From positions 47,430,001 through 47,494,000 of the forward strand of contig NC_043008.1 in assembly GCF_006345805.1 (NCBI RefSeq): a DNA stretch of 64,000 nt. The letters are read 5' to 3'. Of this stretch, positions 54,391-64,000 are shown in pieces. Below the pieces are notes generated by a model. That model made no database searches and had not been told where the DNA came from. It was given only the letters and a program-made list of their open reading frames with translations. Both the position numbers and the translations under genes were made by a program. Each line of letters begins with the position of its first letter. The stretch's first letter is position 1. The DNA is from Octopus sinensis (taxonomy: Eukaryota).

Positions 54391-55811
54391 TTTATTGAAG
54401 TATTTATAATTTCGTGTTGTTGAAGACATTGGAAGAAACATGCACAACGTTGTTTTGCGTGTAGTAATCCGTTTATATTAAGGTTGTTTTAGAAAGTAAT
54501 GGGTTGGAACCCTAGTCAATAGAACTGTTTTATATCCTGGCAAACATGAAGCACATGCAACTAGCTACAAATTCCCAACTTATTAGCCAGGATCTAGATT
54601 GTAGGATTGGATTATAAGCGATCTGTTACACAAAGCCTCTGTTTCAAACGAGTTACCAAACAAAAGGAAATGTGGAAATTACACAAATAAATCAAACTAG
54701 AACACAGTCGTGCCTTTAATACATATCGCGCAGTGTAAAAGAATCGAATCGAACCACATTATTATGCCTGATCCATTTGTTTTCTAGACTTTCTATTATA
54801 TACTTATTTATTTTCAGAATGTAAATTACAATTTTCGAAATATCACAAGATACTTTCTATTTTCAAAAGTGATTTTCATAATATATTTGGCAGATGTCAT
54901 ATTGTATAATCTGTCTCTCTCCCTCTTTCTCTCTTTCTCTTTCAGTCTCTCTCTTTCTCTCATTTACACACTCTCTCTCTTTCTCTCTCTCTCCTCTCTC
55001 TGTCTATGTCTCTCCTTTTCTCCATAGTTCTTTCTCTCTAGCATTTATATTCTCCATGACATTTTTTCTCACAATCCAACTATTCAACTACAACTACCAA
55101 CCAGCTTTATAGTAACATAAATGTTTAAATACTATTAAATAACCCATCATAATATCATCGCAATGCTAACAACACTAGCTTAAAATAAATATTCAAAGTA
55201 TTTCACTCAGTGCATGCGCAGCAGGTGGCTTCCTTGCACAACCGATATTTCTTCTCAATATAATATGCATCCACATTTTCGATGTCTTTGTTTACGTTTT
55301 TGATTAGAATTTATTTTCTACTTCGATTTGTTTTGTAAAACTTTCAACTTCTGTAAAATCTCAGTTAAATAAAATGAAGAATATTGAAACCAGCGTTGCC
55401 GACAAACTGTGCAAGTAAAAGTTAGGAACATTAAAGGAGTTTTCTACACTATGAACGAAAGGTTTATTATAACCACAAACATTTACTGCTATATCTTGAT
55501 ACACCTGTCAAATACACATAGGAATGAAAGCTCACACGCACACATATATTCACATACATAGACACATATACGTATACACATATACATATACTCACATATA
55601 TGCATAGATGTATAATTATGGATGAATGCTTATAACATTCGTTCATATGTATATATATATATATATATATATATGTTGTGTTTGTGTGTGTGAGCGTGTA
55701 TTTGTATACACACACATATATATAATATATAAATATACAATATGTATATATATATATATATATACATATACACATATGTGTATATGCACGTATGTATGCA
55801 CTTATATATAC

Positions 55812-55909
<98 letters not shown>

Positions 55910-56083
55910 GCACATATTACATACACATGTACAGGCACATACACATATACATACACACTAACACACTCGACACTCGCGCACACATGCGCACATGCACATA
56001 CACACATGCACAGACGCACACATACACACACACACACACACATATACGCATATACGCCCATACACGCCCAGACGTACACACAT

Positions 56084-56120
<37 letters not shown>

Positions 56121-56563
56121 GTACATACTACATTTTAGACATTCTTAAGTTGTACTGTTTTATTAAAAGGCATCTGGTATAAAAGATGGTATGTTTTGTT
56201 TAGTGAATAGCCGCTGGTTACAGATCGTACGCTATATAACAATACAGAAAAATTACTTATAGATGAGAACAAATCGAAGCGATGTCTCCTCCAACATACG
56301 AACATATGTGCTTTGAATATCTTGTTTATATTTCATTTCTACCGGTTCCTCTTTGATGCGCCGTCATTCATGAACCAACCGCAAGTTATCGATGTGAATG
56401 GCGCACATGAACTTATCTGCAGATATTATTACAATGGCACACAAATGCCTATACTCACATTAAACGCAAGTTTTACTGTATATATATATATATATATATA
56501 TATAAATACTAATATGGTCTCTCTCTCTCTCTCTCTTTGCTTCCTACATACATACGTATGTAT

Positions 56564-56801
<238 letters not shown>

Positions 56802-57250
56802 CAAGGGTTTTGATAAACTTGTCTAAAAGTTAAAACAGACACCGTAATTTTAAAAAATCAGTGATAGGCAGAGTCTGTAACAATGTATATCTTCTTGAAA
56901 AGCCTATTAACTTCTATGCTGGAGTGAGAACAGTATGTTCTTTGTCTATCTCCTTGAGTTCTTGGAAATTTTAGGTATAATTGTACTAATGTGTCCATCT
57001 CTACTAATTTAATTAAATTCTATGTCTTTGTGCAGCTGAAGATTGCTCTGCATTTTAAATTGATGTATTGATTGCATTGTTCAATTAAATGGTGTTGTAT
57101 GAAACGATCGTACTGCATTACCGCTGGATATCTTTGTTGCTTATTTCGATTTTAATCACCTTACTTTGAAATTGTACGGATAATACCGTACTAAATTCTG
57201 GTGCCACAACTTAAGTACCATATTCTTCTGAATCTAAATTTTTGCTGAAC

Positions 57251-57361
<111 letters not shown>

Positions 57362-57817
57362 TATTCATATATATATATATAGATAGATAGATATACTTAT
57401 ACACACACACATATCGTTAATATTTATTCATCTATGGAGATAAGTTTACCTCTATAAATACGATTCGGTATTTAAATATCATTTTGTCTGTTTCTGTATA
57501 TATGCGACCGCGTGTGCATTCGTGTGTACGAGTGTTTCTAATATCTATACAGAAACACTCGTTGAGCTTATTTAAACAGCATTTTTGCTGGCTACTTTAG
57601 GGTAATCTCTTAAGGTTAGTTCTTTCGCCCACGCAATATATCCTATACCTAGATAAACCATTGACTCTATTTTTGTATTAACTAGCTTTGTTAATCCATT
57701 GTATCCAGCGGGTATCTGCATGTCTATTTATATATAGGTATTTATATATAAATATACGAGTGTACGTGTGTGACTTTGGGATTTTTGTATTTTATATGAA
57801 TATATATATATATATAT

Positions 57818-57904
<87 letters not shown>

Positions 57905-57911
57905 TGTATGC

Positions 57912-58017
<106 letters not shown>

Positions 58018-58112
58018 GTAATGAGATAAAAAAAAAACCAAGGCTGTGCAGATTTTAGAACATTTATAAATGTTCTGAAATCTTCACAGCCTTGGTTTTT
58101 TTATCTCATTAC
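58018..58112. repeat. 95-bp near-perfect palindrome
   Basis: Centre 58066/58067; arms differ by 2 substitutions and 3 A in a run. Confidence 0.9.
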
Positions 58113-58271
58113 AAAAAACTTTTTATATACTCACGCTCATATATGTCCTACGTTGGACTCCTTATTTGCATAATCACCGAACCTGGAACTTAACTATGGT
58201 CTATCCATAGCACTTACTCACCATTACCTGACACCTTTGGGTCTCAATGATAACATTACCTCTCGTAACCC

Positions 58272-58305
<34 letters not shown>

Positions 58306-58530
58306 GTATATATATATATATATATATTTGTGTGAATATATATATATTTATATGCGTATATATATATATACATTATATACTTTACACATATATATAATAT
58401 ATATATTATATATATATATTATATATATATATATAATATATATATATATATACATTATATACTTTACACATATATATAATATATATATATATATTATATA
58501 TTATATATTATATATACTTATTCAGTATGA

Positions 58531-58751
58531 TCTCGTGAGTAAATTACTACTTTAATTGCTTTCCGAAATGTCAACGAAAACAAGAATTTGAATGCACAGC
58601 CATCAGTACACACATAAACACACGCACAAAGTGTGTATGTATTTACGTATGAATCTGCGTGTGGGTGCGTGCGCTTATGGCCGCACATTCAAACAATCTT
58701 GTTTACGTTGACATTTCGGAAAGCAATTAAAGCTGTAATTTACTCACGAGA
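58531..58751. mobile_element. MITE-like element with about 70-bp terminal inverted repeats
   Basis: TCTCGTGAGTAAATTAC..TTTAATTGCTTTCCGAAATGTCAACG and its reverse complement at 58677-58751. No clean TSD. Confidence 0.75.
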
Positions 58752-59511
58752 ATAGGAACTACAAATGAGATTGAAAGAAAAATAAGATCTTGCGGCCATA
58801 TATAAAAATATAACTGATTAGCGCTGTTTTATTATGTATAATTACGTCAACATACTTAAGAATAACAAAGTTCTTATAATGGAGAACCAAATTACATGGT
58901 GCCAGTCATGAAATTTAAGTAAATTGTGTTATAAGGAAAATGAAGTTTCTAACCGAAATTCGTGTGTATAGCGTTACACAAAGATTAGGTGTTTCTGGAA
59001 TAGATAGGTTTTGAAGCGATGCTCAATGTGGGTAACCACTAGATTGAGTTTACGATCAATCACCACAGATCCCGTTTATTTAGCTTCAAGGGAAATTGAA
59101 ATGGGAGAAGTTACAGCTTCTATGAGATAACGGTGGATACAATAGACTAGAACTCGTGTTTTCGAATCTGACCGAATATCTGACAGTATTGTTAAGCATC
59201 AATTATAGTGTGACGCACAAATCACAATACAAGATATCGATACGAATATAGTAGAACAGAAACTCATCGATAGCAACTAATACTAGATCGATCACTTCAT
59301 TTTGATCAACCGGATATAGCAGAAATACAGCAACTCTTTGTTGCTTTCTGTCTTACATCACTCCGAGTTAATAGCCAGCCGTGATATCGCGGAGCAGACC
59401 GATGGAAGCATGAGTTGTGGGCGGTATTCTAGAACCATGATTGCACGGATGCTGTATGCGCGCGTGTGAGAGAGTGTATTTGTGTGTGTCTATTTTATAC
59501 ATTTATAATAT

Positions 59512-59705
59512 AAACGGTAAAGACCTCCTTCGGTGATCAATGACCATCGGACTGCAGATAGAAAGTTATCCTCCGAGGCACAAGTCCGGGCAAGGTTGCG
59601 TATGGAAGACCAGCAGTTACCCATACATGCCAGCCTCCCCTCACCACGCCATCAACCCAAGGGAAAGTCAAAGGCCGATACAGCTTGTTACCTATAACGT
59701 CGCAA
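59512..59705 (+). mobile_element. interspersed repeat resembling a LINE 3' end or SINE
   Basis: GC-rich block CCTCCGAGGCACAAGTCCGGGCAAGG...AAAGGCCGATACAGCTTG; family assignment from recall only. Confidence 0.35.
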
Positions 59706-59834
59706 CTCATTTCTATATATATATATCTATCTATTTCTCTCTCTCTCGCTGTCTTCCTTACTCTCTATCTCTCTTTCTCTAGCTCTCCTTCTTCTCTCCC
59801 CCTCTCTCTTATATATATATACATATATATATAT

Positions 59835-60922
59835 ACTAGCAGTATCGCCCGGCGTTGCTCGGGTTTGTTTCGACCCGCTGGAATTGTAATTTTGAAAAGT
59901 AAAAATTTTGTGAACATTTTTCTGGTCGAAATACACCGAAAAGTGGCGACACAGCAGTGAAAAAATCGTAAAAGATAGGGATTTTCATAGAAAAAAGCAT
60001 CTTTTTGATGTAAATAATTTTTGATGTTAACATGGTCCGATTTGAATTTTATGTTCTACGGAAGGAAGAGCAACCCTTCTTCTACCATACTCTCAATTTT
60101 GGTCAACTTGCGCCGCAGGGTCTCGGAGGAGATAGTGTTAGTTGAAGGTTACCATTCTAGGTGCCTGAGTAACAACCTCGCGGATTTACAGATAAATGAA
60201 TTAATTGCTATTTTACAGAATAAAATTAAATAATTCTTGAAAATTAATTAATATTAATATTTTTTGAACAAAGTAAATAATTTTTAAAACTTAAATAATA
60301 ATTTTTTTTACACAAACGCGAACGGGGAAAAGGGGGTGGCGAATTCGATTTACATACCTAAATTTTTTCTTTTTCATGACATTGTAGCAAAATAGTAGTG
60401 AATTATATAAATACCAGCAGTACATTTTTTTTTCTGGGGTATTTTTCTTCAACCTCGTCACATATTTGCCCCTTTCAATTTAAACAAAGTCTTAATTAAG
60501 CAATTACGGCAGCTTAGCAATGGTTTCAATATAGGCGTGACATCTGTATCTCAATTGTTCAAAACCCTTCGAATTTTTTCGCACGTGATGATATCATAGT
60601 GAAAACTTTCAATTACGCGCGCTTAGAAGTACGCTGGCAAATTAATACTACCAAAATTTTGAAGTTCGCGCTCCGCTTGTGTGTGTGTGTGTGCGTGCTT
60701 TAGGTGTACGTAGGTATGTGTTTTTGTGTGTGTGTGTCACTGAAGCCATACATACATATATACATACATAACCTATCTCTCTCTTTTCTCTCTCAGTCAC
60801 TCACTACAAAAAGTGAATAAAAAAAGTTCAGTTATTTCTGTCTTTCACTCTGTCTGTCTCTTTACACACACTAACAAAAGCACTTCACTTACACACCACA
60901 CTTTCTGTGTCGCACAACCCAT

Positions 60923-60989
<67 letters not shown>

Positions 60990-61532
60990 GCACGCACACA
61001 TGTACATCAATGCTTTCGGAGTGAAATGTTAAAATATTGAGTTTTCTCGAATTTTGTCTTAATTGGGGGTGAAATTGAAAGAAATATATTATGGCATGAC
61101 CGAATGGAGTACTTTGAAAAATCTTAGGTAAACTCTAATTGAAGAAATTGTGTGAGGAGTAAATCGTTATGTATTTATTTGTTTCTGTTTGCTGTGTTTT
61201 TTTTATTTTTTGAGTAGTGGTTTAAATACTTTCAGTTTAGTCTTCCTCAAATCACTCTGTCGCTATTTACTTTCATTTTATTCGTTGCACACTGTGTGTG
61301 TGCGTGTGCGTGTGGTGTAAACCACATTAAGAAAAGCATTTAACATACACACCAGAATGTGAGTTTTCTGTAAATTTTGCTTAATTGGAGTTTAAATTTT
61401 AAAAACTGGACCTGGCATGACCCGATGCATTCTACTCTTAAAAGTGCTAGGTAAATTGTAATTGAAGAAATCCTATATTGTAGATTTCTATAAGTTACAA
61501 AGGGAGGCAGATAAAATCTACCTTTTATAATA

Positions 61533-61536
<4 letters not shown>
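59835..61536 (+). mobile_element. non-autonomous Helitron-like element in (TA)n
   Basis: 5' ACTAGC..CCCGGCGTTGCTCGGG hairpin, 3' CTTTTATAATAAGAT end, (TA)n on both sides, internal microsatellites and a diverged internal duplication. Confidence 0.6.
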
Positions 61537-61614
<78 letters not shown>

Positions 61615-64000
61615 TCAGAGAGAGGAGAAAAGACAGGCGATTATAGTAAATTTGGAGTCGTGAAAATCTAGGCTGATACAAAATCTGTTCAAAATGCATT
61701 GGCTATTTGATAACACACAAAACTTGTAAATTAAATTGAATTGGCTTTGATGAGGTGTAAAAAAAATTGGCCACACAACTAATACTTGTTCACTGACACT
61801 TTGAGTTCGAAAGACTCTCTTTGGTATTGTTTTAGCCCTTGGTCTCATTTAGTAAAGCAAGCCAACATCCCGTACTTCAACGGCTAGACAATATGTCTGA
61901 TCCATAAATCCCTTATAACATTTCTACGTCGAACAGAAAACTACACTGTACACTCCAACATCCAGCTATTTGGATTGCATACGATAAATAAATAATTTTT
62001 TTTCCTTCTGTCTTCTTTTAACTTGATAAGTTTGTCAGCTATATAGATAATGAAGGTGTGTTGGATAGTGCGGTTTCCTGGAACTAGGACCCCTTTTGTT
62101 TATATGCAATATCATTGATGGAGAAAATCACAGATTTGGGCTTATTCAATTGAGTGTATCTATTGGTGATTGACTCCGAATATTTTTCCTTGTATAGTTT
62201 ACGGAAGTAATCTGTGTAAAACGAGCGATGAGGCAAAGTGCGCTGTTCTATTTGTATTCTGCTAATGTTTGTGTTTAGATTGGAGTGTTTCAAACTATTT
62301 GAATCAGCTTAATTTAATAATGAATGTACTACTTAATTAAATTTAATCATGTATCTAACGGAAATAATTAACAGAATTCTTTGAGAAGGTTCACCATGAT
62401 TGATGAGTAATCAATAGCGTCTTCTGATCAGGAAAATTCAAGAAACTACATTTTTCATATTATATAATTTATACTCATATAAACTGTTTCTGAAAGAAAA
62501 TTCTTCGTTTTAACCTTCAGATGTATTTGCTCCGATAAGAATCAAGAAGTAGGTTACACCAAATTCAATAAACACACTGAAACACGTCTTCAGAATAATG
62601 ATAATAAACCTACTTAATGTCGAATGTAATTAATACGTGAAAACAGATTTCAATACATTCCGTTTATTGTAATGTTCATTATTATATGATTGTCAAGATG
62701 AAAGCTAAGAAGGTAGATTTTTGTTTATGACAGATGTGTGCAGAATATTTTGACTTCAGAATTATTAAAGCATTATAATCAGAATACAATCATCTTATAA
62801 TCACAATAAAATCATCTTATCTTTCTTCTCCATAATTTTTGGAAAATACAGCTGATATTATTTTCTAGAATTAGTAATGAAAGAAACTATTGAGTTAGTA
62901 TGTAATAATCTTTGCTCGATATTTGAAAATGCAAGGAATCGCATTTTTTCTCTTATGAATAACCGTCAAATATATCTCGTGTTAAATAACTTGATACGAT
63001 TCCAGACATGGTGCCTCTAAAAGTCACAAAGAAATGAGAGAAATTTAAAAGAAATGGTCAGTGTGTAGTCCCGTTGTCTTAAAGTACGTCAATTAAAATT
63101 TAGATTAGGTCGACTGAGATAATATCTGACATGGGAACAATGTTTAAAATATTCAGAGGTTGAGAATTTTAATCATCACAAAGATGGTGGTATTTAATTC
63201 ATTATGACCACCTTGTAAATAGATGGTGATGTGAAGAAGCGTTAATCGTTTCGAGCAGCAAAACCAAGGCAATGTTAAAGAATCATTTCTAAACTAAATT
63301 CATTCCAGTGATTTAGACACTACAACAGAAATGATTCCACTCTGTTCTCGGTTAATGAATGCACAAGTGATTTATATTAATTTCAGTTTGGTGTCTTAAC
63401 AAGTTGGAAGAGCTTTATGTCATGGATAATAATTAATAATAATGAATCTGTCTCACTGATCATCTTCAACTAAATCACTTATTGTATAATGGAAGAGAAA
63501 CGGCGATGTATAATCACTCGGATACGAGAGCATATGCACAGACACATAGAATGTCACGTAAGCATACATGCACACACACACAAACACAAACACAAACACA
63601 TAGACACACACAGAATCACACACATCAATGTACACACGTACACGCACAGACATACATAGAGTTAGATATATACATAAATATTGATACATTTATATTCGCT
63701 CATACATATATATATATATAACATACACATAATAAATACATATGTATATACACGAAATATATATATTTACATATATACGTATATATATATATATATATAA
63801 TATATATATATACATACACATGTATATTTGAATATATATGAGGATATTATTGTTTATAATAATACCAGTGGCTTAGCATTATTACCACATTAGTAAGAAA
63901 GTTATCAGTTAATGATTAAGGGTACTACCGTGCCGAAGCGGCATGCTAAATATAGCAGTCAAAATGACCAAACCACCAATTTTTCACTTAAGCACAAAGG

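Noticed and set aside
56340-56470. Peptide APSFMNQPQVIDVNGAHELICRYYYNG, faintly like an Ig I-set start
   Set aside because: No AG acceptor, no conserved Trp, and no second Ig exon found.
57528-57562. 12-bp-arm hairpin ACGAGTGTTTCT/AGAAACACTCGT (similar small hairpin near 37286)
   Set aside because: Isolated short hairpins with no associated element or motif.

Overview
AT-rich, microsatellite-saturated animal genomic DNA. The SINE, microsatellite and Penelope content resembles coleoid cephalopod (Octopus-like) DNA; this is inference, not a database result. The only host gene I can support is the 3' part of a minus-strand neprilysin/ECE-like M13 zinc metallopeptidase. It has 8 small GT-AG exons (43437 down to the stop at 1707) that splice in frame to 216 aa with VNAFY, HEITH, ENIADNGG, HSP and terminal CSVW motifs. 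The ORF track almost completely misses it. Its introns hold decayed mariner/Tc1, R4/Dong, RTE, L1-Tx1 and Gypsy pieces, SINEs, and many Penelope-like (PLE) derivatives; CR1-like, Helitron-like and further R4/SINE pieces lie above the last recognised exon. The main hidden signal is about 9 type I hammerhead-ribozyme (HHR) motifs from several unrelated PLE/retrozyme-like families. Three sit in a shared architecture: back-to-back inverted arms, 3' ends pointing outward into (TA)n tracts, one arm roughly 60-120 nt longer than the other. Some near-intact HHRs lie on the neprilysin pre-mRNA strand, and one is predicted to be sequestered by its own fold-back arm. Ribozyme folds were done by eye and none is tested. 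Many element boundaries are approximate.
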